Positions 8,353-17,984 of a stretch of 31,765 nucleotides of DNA are shown here, one piece after another; positions within the stretch are counted from its first letter, which is position 1, and each line of letters starts with the position of its first letter. Location: the IMG/VR virus record IMGVR_UViG_3300012982_000018, positions 66,423 to 98,187 of that record; one strand, 5' to 3'. The stretch is from a virus. The translations under genes were made by a program, and so were the position numbers. The notes beneath the pieces are model-generated. The model was not told where the DNA came from, searched no databases, and was given only the letters and a program-made list of their open reading frames with translations.

Positions 8353-10713
8353 TCAGGTACGTCCTTCTATGATCTTCTTATAGTTCCGTTCACGAGCTTC
8401 TGCAAAGTTCTTGAACATAGGCACCCTGTCATCTTTGAAATCTACGACGACGGGGTCTTTTTTGCCCTCATACGGACGTAATATGCGCCCTACAGCCTGC
8501 GTCACATCCACCATCGGTGTAGTGAGGAAAAGCGTGTCCAATGGGGCGATATCGAGCCCCTCCGCGGCATATTGAACCGTTGCGAAGATGACTTGTTTCG
8601 TCTCGGACTCCTCAAGTGCTTCTTCGGACATCCCCCCTACATACTTACCAGTAGTAGGTCTAGGACCATATTCTGCACGCCACGAAAAGTTCAACAGTTT
8701 CTCCAACTCATCTAAGTGCTTAAGTCTTTCACTTAGTACCAGAACCTTTCTTCCGGCCTGCACCGCTTGGATTAGCTGTTCAATGATCTGCGCATTCCTG
8801 GTCTTATTTGCACATAGAAATTTCACTAGAAGTGCGCGAGGCGCTAGAGCCGGGTTAAACCTAGGAGTAGAGGCGACGGCAAAATTAGAATACACCCGCC
8901 TTATCTTAGGAGTGAGGCGGATCTCCCTAGATTCGAAGTATATGGGACCTATATGATACAAAAAGACATTGTCTGCTCTGTCTTTTCTCTTTGTTGTTGC
9001 GCTTAAACCTATTCGAAATCTAGCTGAAAACTTCGGAGGAGCTTTAGCCCATGTAAAAGCACCGATCCTATGCACCTCGTCCGCAATGACGAGCCCGAAG
9101 TAGCTCAAAATGTCTTGTGGGAATTCTCGACCGGCGAGCGTATGAACCATCCCCAGAACGATGTGCTTGTCCTTGTAATCGCACACATCTTGTTGGATTA
9201 GGCCGATCTTAGCGTCAGGTAGAAACTGCTCTATTCGCTCCTTCCACTGGTTCAGTAGGAATTCTTTGTGTACAATTACTAGGGTGGGTGTTTTCAACTC
9301 GGATATAATCGCGCACGCCAGGACAGTATTGTGAGTTACCGTAAAATCCCCTAGAAGGAAGCGACCATCCCCATCTAGAGTAAATCCGAAGTATTCGCCC
9401 ACACCTAACCGTTCTACAGTAAAATCTGTGCGGGTTGCTTTCTTTATCTGTCTCCGGGCTCGTGGTTTTTTACGGGGGACCCGAAGAGGAAGCCTACTAA
9501 AATCTCCACTAAGAGTACACCTCCAGTATAATTCCCCATCAACTTCTTTAGGAGAGATAATGGCAGACATTCCTAAGGATCTAGCTATAAAAGCTATACC
9601 ATCGATGTAGTTTATGTTCTTTTGAACTATATCGTAGCAACCATTGTTGTGGTGCCCGTCCGCATCCAAATAGCCGGCCAGAAACTTCTCCCGATCTGCT
9701 CTTGACGCAACCAAGTACTCGCGGGGAATCGTCTCAACTGACCCAACCACCTCCCGTAGTTTAGTTAGAAGAGGATTCTTGGGCCCATCTCCAACAATGA
9801 AGTAGCTATTGCAGCGTACATCTGTGGCCGGCTGCACTCTGACTCGAAGTCCATAAGAGGCGGCCACTTCCCTGCATAGGGCTTCTATTTCCGGATCCGG
9901 CTTACTTATGCACACATTGGCCAGCTGCCATTTCGTACCGTCACCGTACCATACCCCCATAAAGTAAGGGTCGATAGGTAAAGGAGGGGCCTCGCAAAAG
10001 TCCACCCCATTTTCTGGCGAAAATTGCTTATACCTGGTGCGTATTACACCTCTCTCCGGCAAAGCTAGGAAGTCTTTAAGACTTATGTCTATAACTTCAT
10101 CTTTTTTTCTTGTGTAGGAGCTTACTAAAGTAAGTATGTGGTCTTCGTTACAAACCCAAGGTTCGCCCCGCGTAGGCACAATTCGAAATAGAGGCCCTAT
10201 CCCAGAAGATACGCTTTGAACCGCTCTTGGAGCCCCATCTGGGCCCATAAGCAGATCTCCGGGTACCAGCTGCTCTACAGGAACGATCGAGCCATCGTAC
10301 CGAAGAACAGGAGTCCCGCGTCCCAAGCACTTTCCGAACCCGGGTACTGCCTTTATTACGCCACCGAAATGTCCTGCTTTGTGCAGGTCTTTCGTAAGCT
10401 GAAGCGCGCGCTTTTGTTCGTCCCGCAAAGCTCCATTGAATTGAAGGGGAGTTTCACGGAAAACCGAAACGTCCCCAAGAGATGTATTATCCTCGACTTC
10501 GTGTTCCGCCTTCTTTCGGGGATAGAAGTAGCTCCTTGGGATACCAAAACGCCCGCCTTCCTCGCGATAGAGATAGATCTCTTTGACCTCTTCTTCCGCG
10601 GCTTCACGGCTCTTCGTAGGAACGACAGTCAGATCTTGACGGAGCGATCGCTTTTGCGTCGCAGTCAGCTTGGAAGCATCAATCCATGCCCATCCGTCAA
10701 TAGTGACCTTCAC
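8353..10713 (-). CDS. SF2 DExH helicase (UvsW/XPB-like) containing an intein
   Basis: LRDEQ Q-motif, PGFGK//T, DEVH, GLSAT, EGLDI, QAVGRILR. Confidence 0.93.
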   Translation of the reverse strand: MKVTIDGWAWIDASKLTATQKRSLRQDLTVVPTKSREAAEEEVKEIYLYREEGGRFGIPRSYFYPRKKAEHEVEDNTSLGDVSVFRETPLQFNGALRDEQKRALQLTKDLHKAGHFGGVIKAVPGFGKCLGRGTPVLRYDGSIVPVEQLVPGDLLMGPDGAPRAVQSVSSGIGPLFRIVPTRGEPWVCNEDHILTLVSSYTRKKDEVIDISLKDFLALPERGVIRTRYKQFSPENGVDFCEAPPLPIDPYFMGVWYGDGTKWQLANVCISKPDPEIEALCREVAASYGLRVRVQPATDVRCNSYFIVGDGPKNPLLTKLREVVGSVETIPREYLVASRADREKFLAGYLDADGHHNNGCYDIVQKNINYIDGIAFIARSLGMSAIISPKEVDGELYWRCTLSGDFSRLPLRVPRKKPRARRQIKKATRTDFTVERLGVGEYFGFTLDGDGRFLLGDFTVTHNTVLACAIISELKTPTLVIVHKEFLLNQWKERIEQFLPDAKIGLIQQDVCDYKDKHIVLGMVHTLAGREFPQDILSYFGLVIADEVHRIGAFTWAKAPPKFSARFRIGLSATTKRKDRADNVFLYHIGPIYFESREIRLTPKIRRVYSNFAVASTPRFNPALAPRALLVKFLCANKTRNAQIIEQLIQAVQAGRKVLVLSERLKHLDELEKLLNFSWRAEYGPRPTTGKYVGGMSEEALEESETKQVIFATVQYAAEGLDIAPLDTLFLTTPMVDVTQAVGRILRPYEGKKDPVVVDFKDDRVPMFKNFAEARERNYKKIIEGRT
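9328..10329 (-). mobile_element. Intein (334 aa) with LAGLIDADG endonuclease in helicase Walker A
   Basis: CLGRGT...NEDHIL...FMGVWYGDG...FLAGYLDADG...TVTHN/T. Confidence 0.93.
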
Positions 10714-11024
10714 TTGTCCGATTCCTTCTTCGAGTTTGCGCGTTTCAGCGCTAAAAGCGCGTAGCCGGCAATGTCCTGCCAGGGCGACTCCCCCATAAGG
10801 TCTTCGCCTGCAGGCTGAGACGCAATCCTGAATAGCTTGTCCAGAATGCGGACAATTGTGAGAGCATCGTCAAGCTTTTCTGTTGGGATCCCTTCGGGAT
10901 ACAGGACTTTTAGTGCTGCGCCTGATTTACCGAATGAGTCGCCGTAAGCCCGTTGCTTGTCTTCAACGAGAGCCCCAACGCTCGCGCCTAATTCCTTGTA
11001 GGAAGGATTGCGGATTGCGCTCAT
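10710..11024 (-). CDS. all-alpha nucleotide-modification/pyrophosphatase-like protein (Nmad1/DUF6378-like)
   Basis: KQRAYGDSF...VRILDKLFRIA...ESPWQDIAGYALL; start moved to ATG 11024 (ATGA overlap). Confidence 0.6.
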   Translation of the reverse strand: MSAIRNPSYKELGASVGALVEDKQRAYGDSFGKSGAALKVLYPEGIPTEKLDDALTIVRILDKLFRIASQPAGEDLMGESPWQDIAGYALLALKRANSKKESDK

Positions 11025-11260
11025 TTCGGCCCCTTGTCCCCCATAAAGGGCACAACTCGGCCTTCTCGTTCGGCCTGCTCCTTTTCCGCCTGATGATCGT
11101 GCTCGCCTTCGACCATGTCGGGCCAGAATATAGGAGGTGAATTCGTCCGATCTTTCGATAACCACCGGACGTTTATCAGCCTTCGTTTACCGGATCTGTC
11201 TTCCGATACAACATCAAGTTTGTTCTTACGTAGATTAAGAACAACATAGATTAATTTCAT
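11021..11260 (-). CDS. hypothetical protein, 79 aa
   Basis: Track ORF; fits operon packing. Confidence 0.6.
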   Translation of the reverse strand: MKLIYVVLNLRKNKLDVVSEDRSGKRRLINVRWLSKDRTNSPPIFWPDMVEGEHDHQAEKEQAEREGRVVPFMGDKGPK

Positions 11261-11280
11261 TAGGCCACCATCAATTTAAT

Positions 11281-11323
11281 AGAAAGTAAGGGCCCGCTCT
11301 ATCTAAAGAGAAGAGCCCTTACT
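11281..11323 (-). terminator. intrinsic terminator after ssb
   Basis: AGTAAGGGCTC...GGGCCCTTACT stem followed by TTCT. Confidence 0.65.
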
Positions 11324-11352
11324 AAGGTAAGTAAGCTAAGGAAGTATTTGGC

Positions 11353-12117
11353 TCAGAAAGGAGCGTCTTCGTCGGAGTCAGCCTGGCTCTTTGCCCCGCC
11401 TGTGTCCGTCTCTGCACCTTTCAGAAGGAGACGAAGCTCCTTAGGATCCCGCGGCTTTAGAACTTCCATGTAGTTGAACGGAGAAACTCTCTTTACGAGT
11501 TTGCCCTCCCCTTCGAAACTAGCCTGAAAGGTCTTCAAAAGGCGCTGGATACCCTCAGCACCGCCAGCCTGAGCCTGCGTATATATCTCCGAAAGCTTTC
11601 GCCCCTTGAACATGACAGTGTCGAAAATCTTCGACAGATCCGCATCACAGTCATACTCAAACTCGTCACCTACTGACGGTGACTTGCCATCTTCCCGAGT
11701 CACCTTGTACTTGCGGCCGATAAGAGAACCCTTATCTTCCTTCTTCCTACGAAACTTCTTAAGCGTCTTCATCTTTGCGCCTAGAAGCTTCACTTCATAG
11801 GAGTGCTTGTTGCCTTTCTTGTCCATGTACTCGCTGCAGTCGATTACCGTGTAATACCCGATAAAATATCGACTTGCAGGACCAAGCACTTCGCAGCAAG
11901 GCACATTATCAGAAATACCCTGGCCGCACGTGATCCAGTTCTTCCAATCCCCATTAATCTTCGGATTGTGCTCATATAGAGTAAAAGGCTCGTCGTCGAC
12001 GAAAATTATGTGCTTCGTATCTCCGGGCTTCACCCAGAAACGCTGAGGGCCGTTCGCCTGCGCAGCGCGCTCCTCTTCCTTCTTCATCCCCTCGTAACCG
12101 TTCGAATACCAACTCAT
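11353..12117 (-). CDS. ssb: phage single-stranded DNA-binding protein (gp32-like)
   Basis: RFWVKPG, C...PC metal site, YKVTR; acidic tail DSDEDAPF; next to primase. Confidence 0.8.
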   Translation of the reverse strand: MSWYSNGYEGMKKEEERAAQANGPQRFWVKPGDTKHIIFVDDEPFTLYEHNPKINGDWKNWITCGQGISDNVPCCEVLGPASRYFIGYYTVIDCSEYMDKKGNKHSYEVKLLGAKMKTLKKFRRKKEDKGSLIGRKYKVTREDGKSPSVGDEFEYDCDADLSKIFDTVMFKGRKLSEIYTQAQAGGAEGIQRLLKTFQASFEGEGKLVKRVSPFNYMEVLKPRDPKELRLLLKGAETDTGGAKSQADSDEDAPF

Positions 12118-12203
12118 TTTAAACTCCCTGGATAACTTAAGCTTTCTAAGTAGAAAGTCTGGTTAGACTTTTACTATGCCTCATGCAGTCCGTTATTCAA
12201 GTA

Positions 12204-13208
12204 TTATGTTCTGTCCGGCGGACCAAGAATGTCAGCTAGAAATTCAGCAGAAAGCTGGTCCGGATCCAAGCCATCTGGCACCAAAGGCGTCGCTACAGGT
12301 ACGCCCTCCTTCTGAAGGTCCCAAAGAACCCTGGCCGCGATACGACTGCCCTCACCATCGCCATCCCGGATGTAGACCACGTTCTTAAATAGCTCGCGGG
12401 CCTTTATCCGCTGAACCACGCCAACGTGCGCGCCCATTATAGCAACTGCGTTACGGTAGCCCATCTGCCAGAGTTTAATGGGGTCGAAATTTCCCTCTAC
12501 CATTATCCCCCTACCTCCAGGGATAACCATATTCTCACCATATAAGTATAGTCTCTTATTAAATCCTGTGGAGTGTAAGAACTTAGGAAATCCACCCTTG
12601 ACAATAGTCCTACCTGATATTCCTACAAGCCTTCCTTTCATATCTCGTATTGGGAGTGCAACTCTGCGGGACTGTGGATGCCACTTGATTTCCCACGCTT
12701 TTATGGTCTCTGGCGTGAGGCCTCTCTCATTCAATAGATACGCCAGACCTTCCCCTTCGGGAGCTAGGAAGCTATCCAACTCCGATTCGGGCAGAGTAAG
12801 ACTCACACCCTCCATAGAGGTGAGTTCTTTTTGCTCCTTGGAAGAAAGCACCACTCCGGCAACCTCTTTAGGAGGCAACGGGTAATAGTCTACCTGCTCC
12901 AAGCGATCCGCCACCGTTGGCGCCCCGGCGTCTAAAATCTGAGCAACGGCCACACGCAGATGGTGATAATTCTCCCCGCGCGCCTCTGATAGCTCTCTGA
13001 TGAGAGTAAACAGATTCCCGGAATATTCACAACCATGGCATTTGCACTGACCTGTCTTCTTATTCACAAAGAATGAAGGAGTGTTATCCGTACCTTTCGC
13101 ATGTCTAGAGCTTGCAAGGGGGCAACTGATCCGAATTTCGGCAACCCCCACAGACATATTACGGGCTCTTAATTCCTTCAAAACATCTTGTAGCTCATAT
13201 ATAGGCAT
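12204..13208 (-). CDS. dnaG: DNA primase (Zn finger + TOPRIM)
   Basis: CPL..H..D.TPSF...CHGC; ISGR; VEGNFD; DGDGEG; DP. Confidence 0.9.
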   Translation of the reverse strand: MPIYELQDVLKELRARNMSVGVAEIRISCPLASSRHAKGTDNTPSFFVNKKTGQCKCHGCEYSGNLFTLIRELSEARGENYHHLRVAVAQILDAGAPTVADRLEQVDYYPLPPKEVAGVVLSSKEQKELTSMEGVSLTLPESELDSFLAPEGEGLAYLLNERGLTPETIKAWEIKWHPQSRRVALPIRDMKGRLVGISGRTIVKGGFPKFLHSTGFNKRLYLYGENMVIPGGRGIMVEGNFDPIKLWQMGYRNAVAIMGAHVGVVQRIKARELFKNVVYIRDGDGEGSRIAARVLWDLQKEGVPVATPLVPDGLDPDQLSAEFLADILGPPDRT

Positions 13209-13717
13209 TAGGCCCTCGCCGCACGCTTCGCTGACTTAGCCCTTGAGGCTTTTTTAGCCATAGGCTTCTTAGCCTTCGATACGAACTTACGATCCGCCAT
13301 AGGCTGTTTTTTCGGAGATAGTTTTTTGATCGTAGGCTTGCGCAGCTTAGGAAGCTTAGCCGTAGCTCCCTTACTAGGTTTTTCTTTCTTAGGCCCTTCT
13401 GCTTCTAGAGCCTGCTGCTTATTCTTTTCCTGAAGCTCTGAGAATAGGCGGTTGAAGGCCGCTGTAGCTGACGCGTTATCGCCTGAGTGCTTCGAAGTCC
13501 TTGTAAATCCTTTGGCCGTGAGCTTTATGTTCGAAATAGGTCCTTGCTCAGAGCCGTTAGACAGATATCCCCACTTCGTTAGTTGGCTCCTAGCCATTGC
13601 AAATGATTGCTCGAATTTATCTAATTTTGTCGTACCTACGCCCGTCTTCTCATAGATCGCCATTGTCATATGTTTGACAAGAGCTGGCACATCAGAAGCA
13701 GTAGACGGGGAAACCAT
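13208..13717 (-). CDS. hypothetical protein with histone-H1-like Lys/Ala-rich tail
   Basis: C-terminus KAKKPMAKKASRAKSAKRAARA; IKLTAKG winged-helix-like motif. Confidence 0.65.
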   Translation of the reverse strand: MVSPSTASDVPALVKHMTMAIYEKTGVGTTKLDKFEQSFAMARSQLTKWGYLSNGSEQGPISNIKLTAKGFTRTSKHSGDNASATAAFNRLFSELQEKNKQQALEAEGPKKEKPSKGATAKLPKLRKPTIKKLSPKKQPMADRKFVSKAKKPMAKKASRAKSAKRAARA

Positions 13718-13734
13718 ATGAGTGTGATCCTAGT

Positions 13735-15756
13735 CTAGAAAGGTAAGTCATCGTCTTCTACTTTTTTACCGAATGGGGACACACCAGTACCTAACTCATC
13801 TGAATCTCCAAAGCTGCCCCTGTGGTAGGGAAGCTCGCTGAAGTCCATACGGTCGAAGTCCCAATTCACCTCCACATCTCGACAAACACCCTCCCTTACT
13901 TTCAATGGCTTGATGATAAGGCGCTTGTCTTGACGCATTTCCTCGCTTTGAAGGAGACCAAATATGAGATCAGCATTCCACTGCGCGACGTCCGTCAGAG
14001 CAATATTCTCAGCCTGAATCGTAGTACTGACGTTTTTCTTAGCATCCCTGTTCAACTGAGTTGTTACAATGATGGGAACTTTCTTCCTCTTACAAATACG
14101 TTTAATTTCATTGAAGCTGTTGGCCGCCTGTTCGATACGGCTGCCGCCGGATACTTTGAGTAGATAAGCACCATCTAAGATTACTACTTCCGGATGACAG
14201 TCATCTATGGCCGCTTCAAATGTCTCAATCTTGAAATCGAATCCTCCGCCTATAATATCTAGGCCTTCGGCCAAACCCATCTCGTCGATGTAGGACTTGA
14301 ACTCTTGTTCGGCGAACTCTCCCAGTCGCCCCTTCCTAAGATCATCATAGTTGATCTTGTATTTCAATGCATAAAAGCGCATTGCTACACGGAGCTGGGA
14401 CATTTCTGTCGTCACGTACAAAACGCGCTTTCCTGCGTTCCAGAAGCAGTTCGCTAGAATCACTGTTAACCATGTATTGTGAACGATTATGTCATTAGCG
14501 ACGAAGCAGGAAGTAGGCTCAACAGTTAGATCGTAGATCTTATGAATACCCGTATCTTTTACATCTACAACGGTATCCCAGAAGATATCGCAATCCGAAC
14601 TACTAGGGACCACCTGCACCTCCCAAAAAGCATCAACACAAGCAATGCGACTTTGAAGTCCAAGACGCAACAGTAAACTTTGTAAGTGTATACCTAGTTT
14701 TTCAGATAAAAGTTTGAAAGTTAGAGGCCTATCGCCAATAGCGGTTAGGCCATAAAGCCTAACGACGAATTCCATTAGTTGCTCGCTATTTAGGCGCCAT
14801 ATCCCTTCGGGAACACCCACTAGCGCTGCTTGAACGTCTTTCGCTAACATCGTCGCAGCGCCGAATATCTCGTGAAGAGCCATTGGCGCAGGCTTGGTAG
14901 GAAGAGGCATTTTGGCGGGAATACCCACCGTATACCCCGGCTTAATCTCATCTGCCCTCTTCCATCCTTCGGGGGTCAAAAAGGGATGTTCCGGAGTTAC
15001 CTCAATAGACCGGCCAGAACTTAGCGTGAATTTCAGACACGTCTTGTAGCCTGTATCATGCTTCGCTGTTATCGAGGAGGCATGTATGCCCTTTTCCTTC
15101 GACCAAGTCACAACCTCCGTAGTTGAGGCGTCTTGATAGAGTTCCTCTATTGTACGAGGAACACCTGACACAGGATCCACAATTTCTGTGTTCGCCCGCA
15201 CACACTTTCCGACTCCCGCTCTTGCGCAGAATAGTACGAGGTCCTCAGGCCAGAAGCCGAGCGTCTCCTCGTTGATAGTCTGCCAAGGAGTAGGGATCCC
15301 GCGCTCTCCCCCTTTGATTCGCTGGTAGTAGTCCCAGACGTCCTTTCCAAGCGCTGGAAGGCTCTGTACGCGCGCCTGGTCTGCTCGGAGCTTGCGAACA
15401 TTGAAAACTAAGCCCTCAAGCCCCTCCAGTCCTCCAAGAGGATCGTGGCCCTCAAGCGCCTTAGCGAGGCCCTGGACACCGTCCTTCAATCTCTCGTAGA
15501 GACGGCGATTGAGAAGCTCATCAGCAAAGAATGCGACCTTACCTTGCGGAGGCGGAATAGGAAAACCTAGCTTTGCCTCGATTACTTCCTTGTGAGGAAA
15601 CTCAGAATAAGTAGAGTTGTAATCCAGGATAAAAGCTAATACGTTCTTGCATTCATCTCTAAGTAGAGTCTCGTCTATTCCCTTTTCTATGAGAGTCTTT
15701 AGACCGGGTTTGCCGGCTGATACTAATGCCGCGATAAATGCTCTATCAAGATCCAT
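13735..15756 (-). CDS. dnaB: DnaB-like replicative helicase containing an intein
   Basis: GIPTPW, ARAGVGK//TW, TTEMS, ILDG, TTQLNR, ADLI, KVREG. Confidence 0.93.
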   Translation of the reverse strand: MDLDRAFIAALVSAGKPGLKTLIEKGIDETLLRDECKNVLAFILDYNSTYSEFPHKEVIEAKLGFPIPPPQGKVAFFADELLNRRLYERLKDGVQGLAKALEGHDPLGGLEGLEGLVFNVRKLRADQARVQSLPALGKDVWDYYQRIKGGERGIPTPWQTINEETLGFWPEDLVLFCARAGVGKCVRANTEIVDPVSGVPRTIEELYQDASTTEVVTWSKEKGIHASSITAKHDTGYKTCLKFTLSSGRSIEVTPEHPFLTPEGWKRADEIKPGYTVGIPAKMPLPTKPAPMALHEIFGAATMLAKDVQAALVGVPEGIWRLNSEQLMEFVVRLYGLTAIGDRPLTFKLLSEKLGIHLQSLLLRLGLQSRIACVDAFWEVQVVPSSSDCDIFWDTVVDVKDTGIHKIYDLTVEPTSCFVANDIIVHNTWLTVILANCFWNAGKRVLYVTTEMSQLRVAMRFYALKYKINYDDLRKGRLGEFAEQEFKSYIDEMGLAEGLDIIGGGFDFKIETFEAAIDDCHPEVVILDGAYLLKVSGGSRIEQAANSFNEIKRICKRKKVPIIVTTQLNRDAKKNVSTTIQAENIALTDVAQWNADLIFGLLQSEEMRQDKRLIIKPLKVREGVCRDVEVNWDFDRMDFSELPYHRGSFGDSDELGTGVSPFGKKVEDDDLPF
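14476..15204 (-). mobile_element. Intein (243 aa) in DnaB Walker A with degenerate endonuclease
   Basis: CVRANT...VTPEHPF...IYDLTV...IIVHN/T; no intact LAGLIDADG motif. Confidence 0.9.
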
Positions 15757-15758
15757 TG

Positions 15759-16394
15759 TTACTCTTTTTTCCCTGAACCAATGACTAAGGCTCTCAATTC
15801 GTCGTCTTTTTCCGCACGAAGATCCTTACCCTGAATCTTCAGCCCAAGCAGAGCGCCCTTCGTAGCTTCCAAGAAATCCGGCATTTTAGCCTTAAAATCC
15901 TCTAGGCTGCATTGGGACGTTACAATGGTAAGTTGCTTTCTGGAGACTCTAGAGGCTATGAGTTCCTCAAGAAATTTACTGCTAACCGTGTAATCTGTCC
16001 TATCCTCTGGGCGGAGATTATCCAGAACAAGCACATCCACCTCACGGCAGCGATCCAACATCGATGTGGTGTCATCGAACTGGATCTTGGACTTCATATA
16101 CTCGCGCAGCTCCCATACTGTAACGAATAGTCCGGAATAGCCTATCGACCTAGTTTGCTTGAGTATGAGCGCAGCAATACTGGTTTTTCCTACGCCCCGG
16201 CCCCCCATAAGAAGGAGACCTGCCGGTTTTTCTACCATTTCCTGAATATGCTGTAGATAGTTCTCCATGGTGGGGCGTATGGATTCCTGCACTCCCTGTA
16301 TGCTCACCTTCCAAAATTCCTTTGGAAGTTGCATGTACGATAGGTCCTGAGTGGTCAGCTTCCGCACTACCACTTTGTCGTCACCATCTGTCAT
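15759..16394 (-). CDS. DnaC/IstB-like AAA+ helicase loader
   Basis: GLLLMGGRGVGKT, VDVLVLDNL, TIVTSQ; directly upstream of dnaB. Confidence 0.85.
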   Translation of the reverse strand: MTDGDDKVVVRKLTTQDLSYMQLPKEFWKVSIQGVQESIRPTMENYLQHIQEMVEKPAGLLLMGGRGVGKTSIAALILKQTRSIGYSGLFVTVWELREYMKSKIQFDDTTSMLDRCREVDVLVLDNLRPEDRTDYTVSSKFLEELIASRVSRKQLTIVTSQCSLEDFKAKMPDFLEATKGALLGLKIQGKDLRAEKDDELRALVIGSGKKE

Positions 16395-16396
16395 GT

Positions 16397-17134
16397 TCAG
16401 CCCTCGATAAGCCCGGCTTTTATAGCTAAGTTACGCGCAGCAGTATAACGTTGCGCAAGATCGTCCGGGGGAGACATTACCGCCGGGCCCGAACTGTCAT
16501 CCCAGGCCTTCATCTCTTTGGCCACATTCGAATAGCGTTCCCAAATTACCGCTTCAGTGACCAGTCCGTCGTGTAGCTTCAGGAGCATCGGGAGCTTTGG
16601 GGCCACCGCCTTGCCCTTGAAGAACTTAACAGAAATATGCTTCCAGTTATCGAATAGATAGTCTACTGCCGACAGTAACTGCTTCTTGTCATAGACTTCC
16701 ATCAAACTGTGAATGTTCGAGCGTTCTGACCATGTGAACGCCTTTCGACACACCAGCTCCGGGAACTGTTCGGCTTCTTTCGAGAACCAACGACGTTCGA
16801 ATTCCTGAACGTCAGGAGACACGTGGTTGTCACGCGCCTCTTGCATATCATGCATTTTAGCCTCCTTGGCTCTACTCTTCTCGTGTCGTTGTTGCGCACG
16901 AGCCTGCACTTTTTGCTTGTGCTCTTCCGCCAACGCGCTCAGATGTTCAACGCGCTCCAAAGCGGACTCAGAAGCTACTTCAGAATTTTCGCGTTGCAAG
17001 TCCTTGAAGATAGAACTGACCGTGGACTTCGGTTTCGGCTTATGCGGCTTGGAGTGTTCCTGTTCCAGGTTGCTCTTTACCCGCCGTCTCTCGGGCTTAT
17101 TAGACGAATCGGTCACTCGGCTAGTGTGACGCAT
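16397..17134 (-). CDS. hypothetical protein, possible replication initiator (by position only)
   Basis: 245-aa ORF first in the loader-helicase-primase operon. Confidence 0.6.
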   Translation of the reverse strand: MRHTSRVTDSSNKPERRRVKSNLEQEHSKPHKPKPKSTVSSIFKDLQRENSEVASESALERVEHLSALAEEHKQKVQARAQQRHEKSRAKEAKMHDMQEARDNHVSPDVQEFERRWFSKEAEQFPELVCRKAFTWSERSNIHSLMEVYDKKQLLSAVDYLFDNWKHISVKFFKGKAVAPKLPMLLKLHDGLVTEAVIWERYSNVAKEMKAWDDSSGPAVMSPPDDLAQRYTAARNLAIKAGLIEG

Positions 17135-17912
17135 TTCACCAGCATCGTCTTGTTTTTACACGCCGCAGGTTTTCATACTATTTGAATGTACAATAGCCAA
17201 CCATCTTCTCTTCAGAACCCTTCTAGAAGCACGGCTATCCATGCGCAGTCCATACGACTTCTCTAGTATGCCTATGCCTTGGGGGCAGGGCGGCTGCGGG
17301 CCGCGGGCAAACTACCAGTGTCTTGGATCAAGATTTACTGTACAGACAATCTTCTGTAGGTATAGATCCTTATCTACCACTTCGCTAAGTACTTCACATA
17401 GTTCATAGTTAAAACTATGTTTTTCCCGTAGCCATTAGGATTTCTCCCCGGCGGAAACGAAGATATACGCGTGCAAGAGGGAAAGGGCTTTTTCTCCGGC
17501 CCAAGTCGTACAAGGGGAGTCGCCCATGGATGATGCTTGCCCTGGTGCCCGCCTCAACCTGCAACGAACACACGGAGCGTCTGGGACGAGTCGCGCGTGT
17601 CCGAAGGAGGATAGTTAGTTTTAAGCAGCTTCAGTTTCGGAGGGGTAGTTTCCCGCTCGAAGCAAGTGTCCAAGAGGCCATTTCGCAAATGCCCGCGGAA
17701 GGTGTGTTCAACGTCCAGCTAGACGCTGTTCGACCCCGCCTTCAGAATTCGAATTGGGAAATGTGTCCTGGTGAACCCACCCGGACCTTCAATCAAGACA
17801 AGTGATCAGAAGCTGATCTTATCCAGAAAGGTTCTCTTTCGAGAACAACAGTACTCCCCAAATCAGTACCAAGATTGTACTGTAGTCCTGTCTTGTATTA
17901 GCTCAAGTTTTT

Positions 17913-17955
17913 AAAGACAAAACCCACGGGACCTTTCGGCGCCATGGGTTTTGCC
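17913..17955 (-). terminator. intrinsic terminator after kptA
   Basis: GGCAAAACCCATGG-CGCC-GAAA-GGTC-CCGTGGGTTTTGTC followed by TTT. Confidence 0.7.
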
Positions 17956-17984
17956 TACGACTATGAGTAACCAGAGGCAACGCT

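Noticed and set aside
17530-17805. 91-aa plus-strand CDS in the non-coding gap
   Set aside because: Opposite strand to all other genes, no recognisable motif, and it coincides with dense pairing; not supported, though not excluded.
17460-17900. tmRNA, RNase P RNA or group I intron
   Set aside because: No tRNA-like ends or tag frame, no GAGGAAAGUCC, and no ordered P7 pair found.
17913-17960. c-di-GMP-I riboswitch (GGCAAA...GAAA)
   Set aside because: Lacks the GACGCAAAGC/P3 portion; fully explained as a terminator.
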